A stretch of DNA of 62,238 nt, the filler included, from Platydemus manokwari (lineage: Eukaryota): NCBI GenBank assembly GCA_037951405.1. It is 5 parts of 5 records of this genome, joined end to end, with 100 filler letters (N's around TTAATTAATTAA, not from the genome) between each part and the next. Parts side by side here need not be neighbours in the genome. Positions count along the whole stretch, not along the records: positions 14,187 to 29,378 come from JBBMOY011326983.1; positions 29,479 to 38,854 come from JBBMOY011257430.1; positions 38,955 to 53,075 come from JBBMOY011524745.1; 2 more parts are not named here. One strand, 5' to 3'. The notes below the pieces were generated by a model, which made no database searches, was not told the origin of the DNA, and saw only the letters and a list, made by a program, of their open reading frames with translations. A program made the position numbers and the translations under genes. Position 1 is the first letter of the stretch. Each line of letters starts with the position of its first letter. Below are positions 28,601-43,100 of the stretch, one piece after another.

Positions 28601-29304
28601 CAATTTAAACTTTATTTTATCTTTTATGCACTTTCCAAAAATTTGATGAAATAATACTGAAATGATGTTTTACTGCCAATGAAATGAACCTTATGGCACT
28701 CGCCAAAATCAAAACGAACTTGCCTTTTAAAATGCACTTTTATTATAAATTAAACAATTATAAATTACTACTTGTATACAATAAATTTACAAAGCGATAC
28801 TTCTATACACTTAAACGACAAGATGTTGACAATTCCGGAAAAGCTCTGATTAATATCTCTTCAAATAGGAATAAACCAATTGACCAAGGTAGTTGGGATC
28901 AACCCGACAGATAGGAACGATTTTACAGATAATGAATGATTTTACAATAATGGACCTTACTATTGTCCTTTGCATTTGATATTGAATCACTCAGAATGAT
29001 TATCAATATTATATTGATACTTCCAGTAAAACCGGGTATGTACTTCTGAATGTGTTGGAGTAATTTGGCTGGCTTATACGGTTGGTGAATTCGAATAATT
29101 TGTTTCGTATATCGAGATCACTTTATTAGTGGTTTCAATAAGGCAAAACTACTGATATTGAGAGCCTATTCATATGGATTTTATTCGATTGGAATTTCTA
29201 TCGAAACGCGGGCTTATTATTTAAATTCAATAGAACTTTTGGGTTTTAATGCGAGTTATTATTTTATTGTGAAGGTTTCATTGTGTGGAAATTGATTTTT
29301 ATTA

Positions 29305-29378
29305 TTAGGTTGTCCCATATGAAATGTCCGATTTTTATATATTGAACTTTAAATCAAAATTTTTTAAAAACTACTTAA
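29305..29378 (+). mobile_element. Mariner-like terminal inverted repeat, truncated at the contig end
   Basis: TA followed by TTAGGTTGTCCCATATGAAATGTCCGATTTTT, which has the TTAGGTTG start known from cecropia-type mariner TIRs. Confidence 0.55.
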
Positions 29379-29478
29379 NNNNNNNNNNNNNNNNNNNNNN
29401 NNNNNNNNNNNNNNNNNNNNNNTTAATTAATTAANNNNNNNNNNNNNNNNNNNNNNNNNNNNNNNNNNNNNNNNNNNN
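29379..29478. other. Artificial contig-join spacer
   Basis: 44 N + TTAATTAATTAA + 44 N. Confidence 0.97.
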
Positions 29479-31035
29479 ACATGCAAATCCCTTAATATCT
29501 TCAAACAAGAAATATATGACTTATACCACTTTCATAATCAAGGGCACATATATATGAAAGAAATCGATTAAAAATAAAACTGTAATGTAAAAGTAGACTG
29601 TTTACGTTAGAAAAAACACAAGAACGCAAGTTGAAAACAGTCAAGTTCGATGAGGTGCATTAATAAATGTAATTCTTGGGAAGAAAAGAATTAAATAAAT
29701 TCACAAAGAAACAAAATTACTTCTGAATGTCAAAGAAAATCGATATTATGAGAAAAATTTATCAAGAAAAGAAATTGAAAAAATTGAGAATTTCAATCAC
29801 TATCTGGAGTGGCTCTTGATAAGCACTGTCATACAAAAACTCAACTCATCTATAAATTCCATTACAGTCGATTGTTTTGGAGTATAATAAAAATAGAAAT
29901 TTAGGATTGGTCCAGAGGATATCAGACAGACTCATGTCAAACGAGATTCGTCAGTTAGCACAGTTTCGATAAGTTCTCCAAATTTTATTTAATTTCAATA
30001 AATATTCTACTCATATTTATGTTTTGACTCTATTTACTTTCACGCAACAATAAGGGTGCTGAAAATGATTTATAACATTTGATGTTGACCATGTAGGAAT
30101 TTTATGTTTTGTGCTGTTAAGGTTTTGGTCAAATGTATGTCTCAGAGAAATTGTGTTATTATTATTAATAATAAACTTATATTCTCAACTTCATTGGTTG
30201 TTTGATTATTGCTACAATTAAATCTCTTGAATTACCACTCGTAATCGACTCCCAACAGTAACGTTTCGTTTATCAAAAATCGATATTTTCATCCAACTTA
30301 GTCTTAATATAAATTGGTAACCCCACAAGTAGAATTGCTATTGCCGCAAATTAGGTAGGGACTAAACCTTTATTACACCACCCGTCATGCATTATATATA
30401 ACCAATATTATATTGATTTCAGTTTTAATCAATGAAAATGACAAAATAAAATACAATAATAAAAATAGATAAGGAATGTGTAATCGTACAATATTAAAAA
30501 ATTGATTTTAAATGCAGTGCTCTGGATAAATTTAACAAAGCTACCCTAAAAGGCCCAACGGTTTCGACTGGTTTTCAAAAGATCAAGAAAGTAATTTATT
30601 GATTAACTTTTAATGAAGAAAATATCATCATTTCCGCAAATCTATCCTGACAATGGAAACCGATCCAATCGAATATTTTTCACAATCGATACGAAAGTTT
30701 CATTTGTAATCGATAATAATTTTACTTAGATGTAGTGTAATGGCTTGATAAGATATTTTCTGTTGTGAATATTTGTGAATATATTATGTCAGAAACAAAA
30801 CTCCATACACTCGAGCTTGACTGCCAGAAATGTATTTATCAAAATATTGGAAATGAATTCTATTGGGTCAGAGATGGTAATGCGGTTAATTGTAATTCTG
30901 TCAGGTATTAGGTAAACTAGATAATGTTTCGTTGATTCTCTGTTAGATATGATCATGTACACGTTTATTTTCAGATTTAGATGGATCTACAATATTCTCT
31001 ACAATATTTTTAAATAATATTTTGATAGCTTAGAT

Positions 31036-31725
31036 CAGGAGTGTGCAAAATAGGGAGAGAAACATTGTATTGGGGGCCTCTAAATTTTTTAATTCTAAAA
31101 TAAAATGTAGTTGTTATAATTTCTGGTTTGTTGAAAGTTGTTTTAATGATATTGAAACACGGCAGATTTATAAAAATGGATAAGTGGCTAATGAAAAATG
31201 ATTCAAAAAATTCTGCAGCTTCAGATCTGGAATTACATGTTGAGAATGCCAGAAGCTCTGTGAAAATTTTGCAAGAAAAAGAAGATCTAAAAATAAGTAA
31301 TCGTCCAATAAAAAAGCACTGAACATCAGAAAGCGAAAATATAATGACGAATTTCTTAATTTGGGGTTTTCATATACCATGGTTAATAATGGACAACGGC
31401 CGATTTGTGTAATTTCTTCCGATATAAGAAAATTGATTTCTCCAAAAGACAAGAAAATTTATTTGGGAGTCGCTAGAAATTTCATCAAATATCGATCGAA
31501 TTTTAAAGAACTGGAATTAGTACTGAGACCAGCAATCACTGAAATAGAGCCAATATTTGATGTTTTATGCCAGAATATGAGCAAAATCATTGCTTTTATT
31601 AAATATCTTTTAATTTTTTGGCATTAAAAGAAGTTACTTTGTTATTTTTATTTTAGTCCTTAGGGGTTGCGAAAAAATTTGGACTCGTAAAGTGGGTCGC
31701 AACATAAAAAGTGTGAAGACCACTA
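31036..31725 (+). mobile_element. Internally deleted hAT (Buster/Charlie-type) transposon
   Basis: Starts CAGGAGTGTGCAAAA and ends gggtcgc...aaaaagtgtgaagaccacta. The 8-bp flanks gctTAgat / ataTAaat have the central TA of Buster targets. Broken frames give MDKWLMK and KRKYNDEFLNLGFSYT...QRPICVI (BED-finger start), fused to KYRSNFKELELVLRPAITEIEPIFDVLC (Buster C-terminus). Confidence 0.8.
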
Positions 31726-32889
31726 ATATAAATTAATATCAGCTACTGAGATTCGAATATTTCACAACTCGAATTCCCAATGAATGTATTCATAGCCAAA
31801 TATGATTCACCTCATTAAGGAATTGATTTTCTGTAAATTTAAAACAATTGGAAAATCAATATTATTGTGATTGCACCGATATTCGATTCAAGATTTTACG
31901 AGAAATTACATTTTCTAAAAATAATTTTTTTCTCTAAATGTTCATGCTGATAATCGATCGGCTACAAATAATTTTTTATCAACATCTTTTACAGCGACCA
32001 TTTTAAAATCAAATCTGGCTTTTTAAGTAATAATAATATCATATAATTATCGTGTCCTGAAATGTTTCAAAAATAATTATCTATTATATAGAAAGTTACA
32101 AATTCCAGATATAAAATAACGTCACGATAATTATTTGGTGTTTTCAATACTGAATTGATTAAGAATGATTCTCTAATGAAGTAATGTGACATCAATAATT
32201 CGTCAAATTCTGATCTTATCAATTCATAAAAATAGACACATTATTAAAACAAATATTAGGTTCATTCGGTTTTATATTTTGTTACTTGATTGTGAATATT
32301 GATTATTTTATGTGATATTATATTACAATAGAGGCTTTAAAATTCTCCATTGATTCCAAGAGAATTCAGTAACAGGTATTGATGGCCACTTTATCTGAAT
32401 TACTTTCTTCACTGAATTATCTTAACAGTTTTTAAACCTAGTCCTCTGTCTGATCGTTGAAATTTAAATATTAATATATTAGCACCCATTGATTTCAATA
32501 TTGGGTAAGTTATCGATTAATGAAAGAACTGAGTGAAATCCTTGGTAAATTCTGAATTGAAGATATAAATTAATAAATATATTGTTTCACTACTATGTAA
32601 ATATCCCATGGTTGCAATAACGAATAAAAAGATAACAATAGCTCGAAGTGGACGGAGAACGGGGTCAATTTAAGAAAATTAAATTTCGACAGATTATCTA
32701 AGCTTAAGATATTGCATAGAATATTGAGTTGTAAAATCATTGGTATGAGATAATGAAAGTGAATTATCAACAAATAAATGATAATTTACTGCCTTAATTC
32801 TTTCTGTAAAATTTATTTCCTCACGGTCGAAAATTCCACTATCGTTATTTTCTAAAATCCACTACAATTGTTGTCCAAAAACCCATCAA

Positions 32890-33600
32890 CAATGGTGAAA
32901 ATTATATCTGCATGCTTTTACTGTGCTTCCAGACGTTGAGATGGTCGGAAGTTGCTCATACAGGATAGAATCTCACAGAAGTTGTAACGATTCGATATAA
33001 GGTATTTAAATCATAAATTTCTCAACATTGAATGAACTTGAAAATATAAAATGCAATACATTTCTTGACGTTGATGAAAGGCTATGTGGAGAGATAAGTT
33101 CTCGAGTTGTTGAGAAACAAATTCATCTTTGTGTTAATGAATATGACGGATATTTTGAAAATAATATTTGAAAGCCGAAGTCTTTATAAAATAAGGCGCC
33201 TATGAGGTTCGTTGGTAGATACCATATATGATGTTTGACTTGTGTTTCTCAAATTTATTGATTCACCTTTAGAGTTGAAAAATTCATTTCAAAATTATCG
33301 ATTTTATAGCCAATATTAAAAATCGATGTACTCAAACAAGTCATTAATTCATAATGTTTTGACAGGAGAGAATAAAAATTCGTTATCAATATTTTATAAA
33401 ATATTTACAATTCTTGGATAAATATTAGTTTATAAGAAACGGTTGTTTATCAGGGAATGGTATCTATTATCTTTTTTAATATTATTCGGGATTCATATTC
33501 GATTAGGATTAAACTTTTCAATGCTTATGCTGGTTTTGTTTTAACTCGAATCTATTAAAAATATTTAAAATCCATTTTGGGAAACCAATACCAGATTAAG
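32890..33600 (-). mobile_element. Possible highly decayed hAT transposase C-terminal remnant
   Basis: Scattered minus-strand peptides FPKWILNIF, FSSSFNVEKF and SNFRP resemble the hAT dimerisation region. Many stops. Confidence 0.25.
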
Positions 33601-35610
33601 AAGAAGTGGAATTGAAGGAAGAGTACAAATGTTAACAAAGTTCGAAATATAGGAGCTCGTGCTCAGTTTCAAGTCATTTTATTGAACACGGTAAAATTTA
33701 TAATGAGATCGACATTTTCTGAGAATGTCTAATTTCCATTTCCAATATCGCTAAGGTTACCGATGGAAATAAATTTTTCATTTGAAAAAAATGATATTTA
33801 AACATTCTTCTCTGAACATAATTTCCAAATATAACGCTCTTAAATGTTTTTTTTTAATTTATCTTTTCATAAATCGAAATTTATTCACTGGAGATGTTTA
33901 TTTATCATAGAGAGAATAATTATATGTCGATTTAGAAATAAAATAATCATTTTCATTGTATTATTGTGACGTTTCGATCAGTTTTGGTGACAGAATTCAA
34001 TTACTCATAACTGTGGGGCATTTTCTGGGTATTTAAATAATTCTGAATAAAAATGATGACATTACGTCATACTAAATCTTCAAGTGCCTTTTGCTCTACA
34101 ATCGATAAAATTATCACGTTGTTATCCACGTTTGAAAATAGTTTTCAATATCAATTATAAATTTTTATTTATTGATTATATTTTTCATAATATATCAAAT
34201 TGATTATTTTTGTTTCTTTAAATAGAAACATTTTTTGATAAATAATTAAAATGCCTTTTATATTCCGTGATAAAAAAGGGATTTGAATATCATTGGTCGT
34301 TATTAAACTTAATGCGATCGTCGTAATCTCATCATTTACAAATCAAAATGAGAATTTTCGACTTTATTTTATCAGATGAAAATAAAATTATAATCATCAG
34401 CTGAACCACGGGGGTAAATGTTAAAATGGTCCAGTCTAGCTTAAATGATTAATAGTAAATGGAAACAGAATTTCCTCTCGTCATTCAAGCAAAAAGTGTG
34501 GTCAGTTATCGTTATTCTTGGACATTGATCAAGAGTACTCATGAAATAATTCCTGACGAATTCTTCGCAATTGATTTCTGGAAAGATTTGATATTGATTA
34601 TTTCTTTATTTAATAATATATGAAATCAATAAATTGTTATTTCTGAAATCTATTTGCAAAAATATAATCGATAATTTTTGTGTCTCCTGACTTCATTGTA
34701 AATTATTGATATTGAGTAAACAAATAAAATATCGATCGTTACCATATATAATATAATTTGTAAGTAAGACCAAAATCTTTCTGTCCTTTGAAAATGCCAT
34801 CTTCAAAAGAGAAGTTCTGGCCAGATTGATACATTTTAGGAATAGTAAAATATACACGTACTTTAATAGTCAATAAATTGAAATCGATTAATCTAAAAGT
34901 ACATTTCCCAGAAATAATAATAAATCATCATGTGATTTTGCAATACTTGTGCACTTTATACCAAAATAATTTAGCAAGTCATTCAACACAACTCTGCACA
35001 ACGATTAGAAATAAGTTGGCACAAAATAAACAAAGAAAAGGAAATGGATTTTCCAAACAGAATTTCTTACGTGAACGTGTTACTATAGCCATCGGTATCC
35101 GAGATAGCAGTGATCTGTTGTGAGGAACAGCTGCTATCAAATACCAGAATATCTCATGCTGTGCACAATTTTTATAAATAATCCTGGCCGGAGTTCCTGA
35201 ATTACAGAATCACTTCATCACGAGTGCATTATTGACCTAAGCACTCCTAATGTCTATTTATGCAGTAACTTACCAATAGCTTCTCAGGCACCGATAACAG
35301 TTTCCAATAAGCAACTCGAAATAATCAAAATTTTACAGACTAGACTACATAAGTGACAGTGCAGAAACTATTTGTTGAAATGGCAGTGTCTTTGGATATT
35401 TGAAAATATCCAATCAAATTGTCGACAAACAAATATGTTTATTGCTGCACACCGGTTGTTTGTTATTTGCGGAGAACATTTTCGGGACAACTGTATACAG
35501 CAACACATGGTGATTGATATAGACACACAAGCACACACAGTGAGTCAACACATAATCGAAGTGTATAATTAGACGACATCTCGCATTTCTATCAATAATC
35601 AAGAATCTCA

Positions 35611-35938
35611 ATGCCGTTCACGGTGAGTATTGTATTCTATCGAATAATCGATAACGATTTTTCTATAAATTTCAGCCAAAAATCGAAAAATGTCAAAGAT
35701 GTGACAAAGCTGTCTATGCCAATGAAAGAATGGAGGCTGGAAGTCTAATTTGGCACCGACTTTGCTTTCGTTGTGCACAATGTGACATGTCGTTGAAGTA
35801 CTAATCGATAATGTTTTATAACAAAAATCTTATGATTATTGCAGGCTCAATAATTATGCCCAGGACAAAGGTATCCTCTATTGCAAGAAACATTTCAACG
35901 AAATGGTTGTCGCCAAGAATACCCAAACTCCGATTTAA
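35611..35938 (+). CDS. Small single-LIM-domain protein, 75 aa, 3 exons
   Basis: Exons 35611-35622, 35676-35797, 35845-35938, with GT-AG introns of 53 and 47 nt. Translation MPFTPKIEKCQRCDKAVYANERMEAGSLIWHRLCFRCAQCDMSLKLNNYAQDKGILYCKKHFNEMVVAKNTQTPI has the full LIM Zn-ligand pattern CxxC...HxxCxxCxxC...CxxH. AATAAA at 35963-35968. Confidence 0.93.
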
Positions 35939-38854
35939 GATTCTTGTTTAGCTGAACAATGAAATAAAGTTCTAAATTTTTGATTTGTCGTTGTATTATT
36001 ACTTTTATGGTATGGTTTCTGCGCAGATTTTTTTAAAGCATTGTTGTTATGGTCAAACACAATCACGTTTAATAATCTATTTAGTTTGTCGAATTACGAT
36101 TATAAGTTAACATACCTGTTCAAACGTTGAGAATATGCTAAAAATGAGAAAAATCAATAGTGGATATTTAAGACGGAAACCTAAATTTAACATAAAACTA
36201 CGATGTTTATGGAAACAGATTGCGATTGATTTCTTTGTTGATCAATTTCGCCATATTGAAATATCTGACCAATAGAATTGAACGATTTGATAATGATTTT
36301 TTTAAACTTGTTCAATATATCAATGATTCTCGATTGATATTTGTCGATGTCGTTTACATTTATTACGAAACGAAAATGTAGTTACCTCATTCATAATAAT
36401 TTCGTGATTTAATTTATTGTTAGTCGAAATAATCTTCTCAATGAAATTATTCGATGTAAATTTCACAGCTGATTATCGGATTAAGTTTGTTTCATTGCTT
36501 GGTGGATCGACAACAATTGTTATGCGCACAAAAATCAATGATGGACAATCGTGCATGCCAATGCTAAGCTCAGGAACCACTGTTCATTGTGTATATATAT
36601 ATCGTACATTGGAAATACTCACATTCGTTTGTGCGATAAAAATTCAATTTGTCATGCCAATATTCCAAATACCAATTCCAATTCACATCAATTTCTTGAA
36701 GAAAAATTGATTAAAATTCACACTCATTTTCGTGGTGTGGTGAATTTATTTTTATGATTAGAGCGACGTCTTGACATGTTATTAGAGTTTAAAACATTGC
36801 GATGGCAATGTTGGAATATTTTTTAGAAACTTAAATGTCGATGTTATTGAAAATCGATTGGTGTTTTAAAAACTAAGACAGATCAAATGGATTTTAACTT
36901 GATATCGATTTTTCATTGAAAAATTTAACTGTTAGATAATTTTTCTTTTTCATACTGATGATAATCAAATGTTCTCATTAAAAAAATATTTGGTATTTAC
37001 AACGAAAAGTGAAGATTTTTTAATACAAATCAAATACATTTTCTAGAACAATTATAAAAATTGTGTGAATAAAAGATATTCAATAATGGTTGCCAACTGT
37101 TCTTTAATATTTGGAAGGGTTTTGAGGATTTTCTCATCAAGCTATTAGCACTCCCATCACATAATCGCTGACCAAATATAAACTCGGTATCGCGTCTCTT
37201 TTTCGGCTGTCCTCGTTCGGAATCAGACTGGTTTACGTGGCTATTTGTTTGTTTCAATAATAACACACGTTTCGCGTTGACCTACAAGTGCTTTGTCTTT
37301 CGTTTCATTTTTACATTCGGGCCTTATTGATTTTATTGCTTTAATCAATATGATTTCTATTTGATATCACTCTTATCAGTCTCAATGAGGTGTAATCTAC
37401 CTTATTATGCTTAATCGCACAACCCTATTGTGTGAAGTGATATATTTTAACTGCCAGTCTCAGTTTAAGCACCTTATTTAAATTATTAAATTACTAACAC
37501 CAATGATAATAAACTATGATTTATGATCCCTATTTAATCAATAATCAACGCTTCTTACTACAAACGTTTATTATTAAATAACGACGATACAAATTGACAA
37601 CTAAATAAAATAAATATAAATAAACTGAAAAAAATTAAACTGAAGTGATAAAATAGAATAAAAACTCTAAAAATTCAAGATTTTTGATGATTTGAAAATG
37701 AGAATGTGTTAAATTTTAAGGCAAGAATTCAATCGATTCTTAGGAGTGACATCATTGTGAACAAAAAGAGTACAGTGATTATATCTAAAAGAGATACAAT
37801 TTGCCTCTTGATGTACGTCCATAGATTAGAGTCAACCTATTCAAATATTATCTTTAAATTTGTTGTGGGACAATCCACCCAAGTTATGCACAAATAAATA
37901 AAATACACAACAATTGTTTCCAAACCTGTAAAAACTAAATTTATAACGCGTTGACTCCTTTGAAATCACTGAATTAACTCCAACGAAACCACCAATAAAT
38001 GGGCACATCAATTCAAGTATAATTCCGAAATATTCTAACATTCCATTCCAACGAATAAAACTCCATAAAAATTTATAACAAATGTCCCAACAGCAACTTA
38101 GTCTCGCCTGATGCAGTCCATACAACAAAGCGAATATTAACATTCATTAAAACCAATTATTGTTTGATGTTTTAATGTTTAGATTTGTTTTAACCACAGA
38201 GGTATAGTCTTAATTTTTAATATAAGTTAGGGAAAATCCATAAGTCTATGTTTTAGTTATTTGTTAACTAGCAATTTGATTGGGATATTTTGTAGTTATT
38301 ATATTAGAGTAACTGTTTTTATTGATAAATATATTTCCGTGATTCCATAAGGTCTCATTAACTGTATAGCTTTGAAAAAACAAAAAAAATTGTTTTCGTT
38401 CGTTTCTTAGAGTAAGAGATTTCGGAGATCTTCGCTACCATTTCTGACATCTATTACGTTCTTAAGAAAAAATAAATTTCGTTTTAATTTGTAAATTAAA
38501 AGATTCTTTCAGTATCTTTCAGAACATGCATTTTTATTGAAAGAAGTCAAAAGAATCCATGGTGATTTATCCGATTTCATTCTTTATTACAGCTTTTTGT
38601 CCTTTAGTTTTTTTGGGAAACAATCCTTTCTCAAATCGGTCTTGGCCAGCCTAAGCATTTTGCCATCACATCTTTTCTAGAACGGTTATTAAACTTGCAA
38701 TTTCCCATCTTTCATTTTTATTTCCCTTTTTTCTTTCTTTGCAATTCTGTCCTTAGTGGATCTGGTCAGATATATAATGATGAACAATGTTTTCTGTACT
38801 ACTCACATTGATAAAAATTAAATTCTTAACTAGAAGGAAGTTGACGTTTTATAT

Positions 38855-38954
38855 NNNNNNNNNNNNNNNNNNNNNNNNNNNNNNNNNNNNNNNNNNNNTT
38901 AATTAATTAANNNNNNNNNNNNNNNNNNNNNNNNNNNNNNNNNNNNNNNNNNNN
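38855..38954. other. Artificial contig-join spacer
   Basis: 44 N + TTAATTAATTAA + 44 N. Confidence 0.97.
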
Positions 38955-39029
38955 AAATCAACAAACCATTTTTCTTATGGCCAGTGACATCTGTTACAAA
39001 AACCGGAAAGGAATTACCGACACACCTGG
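38955..39029. mobile_element. Mariner-like terminus at a contig start
   Basis: ...aaaaaccggaaaggaattaccgacacacctgg|TA. The reverse complement TA-CCAGGTGTGTCGG resembles the CCAGGTGT start of Mos1-type TIRs. Confidence 0.45.
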
Positions 39030-40199
39030 TACTTCAGAGTCATGACAAAATAAGAGATAAATCGATAAAATTATTCGATCGATTATTATTTGAAATAAAT
39101 TTAGAACACTCGAATTATTGAAAACAGTCTTCATGGTAAAAATGATCATTTTAATTTTCCAATTCATTGAAAGCTAATCTAACTAGAAATCAACTATTCA
39201 TATTCGAGAATATTTTTCTATTTTATAATTCCTATTACGTAATATGGGATGTGATTCTTGATCCATAATTATAATTATAATTGAAATTCGTATATCTAGT
39301 GAATAAAAACTTGAAATCATAAATGTGCTTCCAGGAAATTATCCAGACATGTTGTCTTATTAAATAAAATCATGAATGAAATTCCATTTAATTTTATATT
39401 TCATTAAATTTAAGAATTGTTTAATTTCAGAGAATTATTAAATTTATTATTTAATTCAATAAAATATCTGGTACTGTATGGAAAACAACTTCAAAAATTA
39501 TGATACATCGAGAACAGATAATCATACAACCCAAAATTCTTATAAGAAATACAATGAAATCGATAATTATAACAGAGCTAAAACGAATAACAAAAGTTAA
39601 GTAGAAATTCATAACCAGTATGCAAATAAGAAAAACGTCAGTTGATATAGAAAATAAAATAACAATAGGAACAATAATTCTATGAGTAATAATAACAAGT
39701 GTGACCACTATAGCATTGATTGTCCTGGGTATAAGGTGTTTAGTAAAATTCGTAAGAAGTATCATCATCGGTGGGTCACTGAGGTTTGACAATTATATAA
39801 CATGACATTGTATATAGTTCAAGTTAATATAGGTGTATATTGTAGTGTAATTGTATGTTGTAAAAATAGTATATTTTAGCAATAAATTGTATATATATAT
39901 ATAGGAGCAACAAAATTGTAAATAAAAATAGGTTAAAAATAAGAATAATTTATGTAAATAATATTAGTTTAGGAAAAATTGTAAATATGAAATATTCTTG
40001 TAAATAAATTAGTGGATAATAAATTTGTAAATATAAATAAATATTTGAACATGAAACCTTGTAACCCTTTACACAATAAAAAATTGAAAGTATTAAATCA
40101 AAATTCCTTGGCAAAAGATAATTCACCAACCAATAAAAATAAATCAAATTAGAGAAAAATTAAAATACATTAACCCATAATTATTCCCAAAATTTATTT

Positions 40200-43100
40200 C
40201 TTGCGCCAGTTGTTTGAAAATCAAAACGATGAGTAAGTCTCATTGATATGAAGCCATGAATTTTAACCATTTTAAAATCTACAACATAAATTTGGAAATC
40301 GAATCCACCTTTGTTCAGTGATATCCCACAAGACTTTATACAACATCAAAGTCAAAGCTTATGATTAAAGAAATAATGCCCAAAGAACGCATGGTCTATC
40401 ATAAAGTCATCTTACATGCTGTCCTCACCCCCTTCAAAATGCTATGGAATAAAGAAACATCAGGAATTAGATGCATTTTCAATAATACATGTAGCATTGA
40501 GAGAAGTCGTTCAAACGAGGACCACCTTCGTACAAAATCGAATTATATCGACATCAGTAAACCATATTTTACTTTCAAACGTTTCCGATTTTTCAGTAAT
40601 TTCATTAAGTGTGCTATCTAAGCCAGTAGGATCTACTTGATCATAAAAGATCTTGACTGGTGTAGGCACAATTTGACATTTTTGAAGTTCTTCCAAGTTT
40701 TGTGTCAATGTCAATTTCATAGCTCGTCCAGGTCTATTGGATATTGGCGTATGTACATTTATTTTCGTCTGACTTTTTTGACTATACTATTAATAGTGGA
40801 AAAGGAGTCAAAGAAGCTCATACTGTTTTTATTATAGCTTAGACTTTTTCCTGTTTTTTTATTTTTACGGGAGTTGCAAGTATCTATTGAATCCTTTTCA
40901 GTTTCAATATTAATGACATTTTTAGTCAATGTTTCACTAATATATATAGTTTCATTTTCTGTATTTAAGTCATCAGTCATACATCTATTATATTTTTAAT
41001 AGCTTATAGGATTGGTTTTTTAAGCTCGTTGAGAAAAGTTATCAGACACATTCCAATCCCAATTCGAGATTGCAAACAATTTTACATGATTTTGATCACC
41101 AAATTTTAGTTTTTCTTTCATTAATGATTCATATTTATCTCGAATTACTTTCGTTACCAATTTGATAGCTTCACATTTCAAATTTCTAGCTGCGACCCTA
41201 GATCATCAGAGTTACTTTGTATGCTGATAAAAACAGAGCTGACTTTATAAATCGTATCAGTTTAGGTGGTTTCAATAAGTCAGATTTCTGTGACGTTTCT
41301 AAGCATGAATTCTGTTCTCAATTAAAGAAGCCCCAAAATTTGAAGTGAAAATTTTAAAAAAATAAATTTAAGTAAGAGTTACTCTTACGCTTTACCGCTT
41401 TTTAACAAGTTTAATGATTTACTTTCATTTATATTATATCTATTTTCCATTTTGGAAAAAAGCTCTTTAACATTCTATAATGATGATAATTTAATTGTCT
41501 TTAGTTTGAAAAGATTTGCTTTTTCAAGCCCGCAGCAGATGAATAATTTCCTGGAGATTCTGACAAAAGGGTCATGGTTTCTCAACTGAAATCATATATA
41601 AGAACTCTCAATTCTTGACCAGTTCAGACTCAGTTACTCAGAAAACAAACACATCGGTTCCGGTAACGATTTGAGTTCATGGATGTATAAACTTAAGCTG
41701 ACTAGCTCAAACTGATCAAAAGGCCAAAAGCATTTTGGAAATGAAAAATGTAACGAATAAGGTTATGGGAGTAACTTTCCATATAAGCTGTTGTTTCCTT
41801 TTCACTACTGATTATAGTGAAGATATTTGGAATATGAACATATATGAGAATGCGTGCTTTCTCCTTATGGAAGATTTTACCCCTAATAACTCTTTCGATA
41901 ATTTGATTAGATGGTCAATCTGTGTCAACCGACACTTAAACTGAAAAAATCCGAAATGGTCTTACAAATTGTAATTAGATGAAGAGGTCATCAATACCTT
42001 TAATTTAGGTGGTGAACACAAAATTGGGCGTTCCATCAGAAATTATCTATCAGCCAGTGAGGGTTAAACAGATAAATTAATCAAACTATTAGACATTAAT
42101 GAAAAATGGAAAAAATGTCAGCCCATATTGGCTGTCGTAAATTCAAAAATGGAGCACTCAGGCACTTTGTGAGTCTATTGGTTAAAGACTTTAACACCCT
42201 ACTCCATGACACAGCTTATCCATTAGCTTTAATCAACAAATTTGAGAAAGTCCTAGGTAAAATTCTGATTGATAACACGCCACTCGAATCTGATTTACCG
42301 ATTGTTCCGACCATGATAAAGAAAAAAATAGGAAATATTTCTCCAAATGGTACTCCTATCACCTCAAAACTTTGGCTTCACACTGCAAAACAGTTGTTAA
42401 ACCGAAATATTAAGACAATCACGATCCGATAGAAAAAGAAACGGAATCGGCTTTGAATTCCATAGCTAACCTTCAAGATATTTAAAGGGAGGTTACTGCA
42501 CTGGAAATTTATACTTCTCATCAGAGCATATCACAATTTCAGAGATCATATATCTCCAAAAACACTTAATGATCTAACAAAGTTCAACCCACGTGCTTGG
42601 TTCGATGATCACTAGGTACTGGATACATTATTGAGTGATTCTAAACGACACTCTATAGCGCCCATTGTGTTGTCTGAATTATGATGATTGTCACCAGCTC
42701 TATGATATTCAATCACATCATGAAAATACTTCAAAGCTTTTCGTGCCAATTAATATCGATATTTGTCTTTGGATTTTATTTATATTTGATAACATATCTT
42801 AAACTAATTATTGGCTCGACCCTATCAGAGGTGTATTCAAACTAAGTGAATCCAAACTCAAATGTCTTAAAATTCACTCTTTTCTTAACACTTGTTTCGA
42901 TACCAATCATCAAATTTGTCATGATCAACCGTACTTATTATGATACCAAGATAATGACGTTTATTGTGAACCATTGATATGTATTTATGCAATACAATTA
43001 TCAAGGGACTTAAGTCCATCTGAAAGAACTATATCAATAGGAGACATCCGAAAATTAGTTTATCACCTCAATCGTCGGAATGTGTTCAGTAGTTATACTG

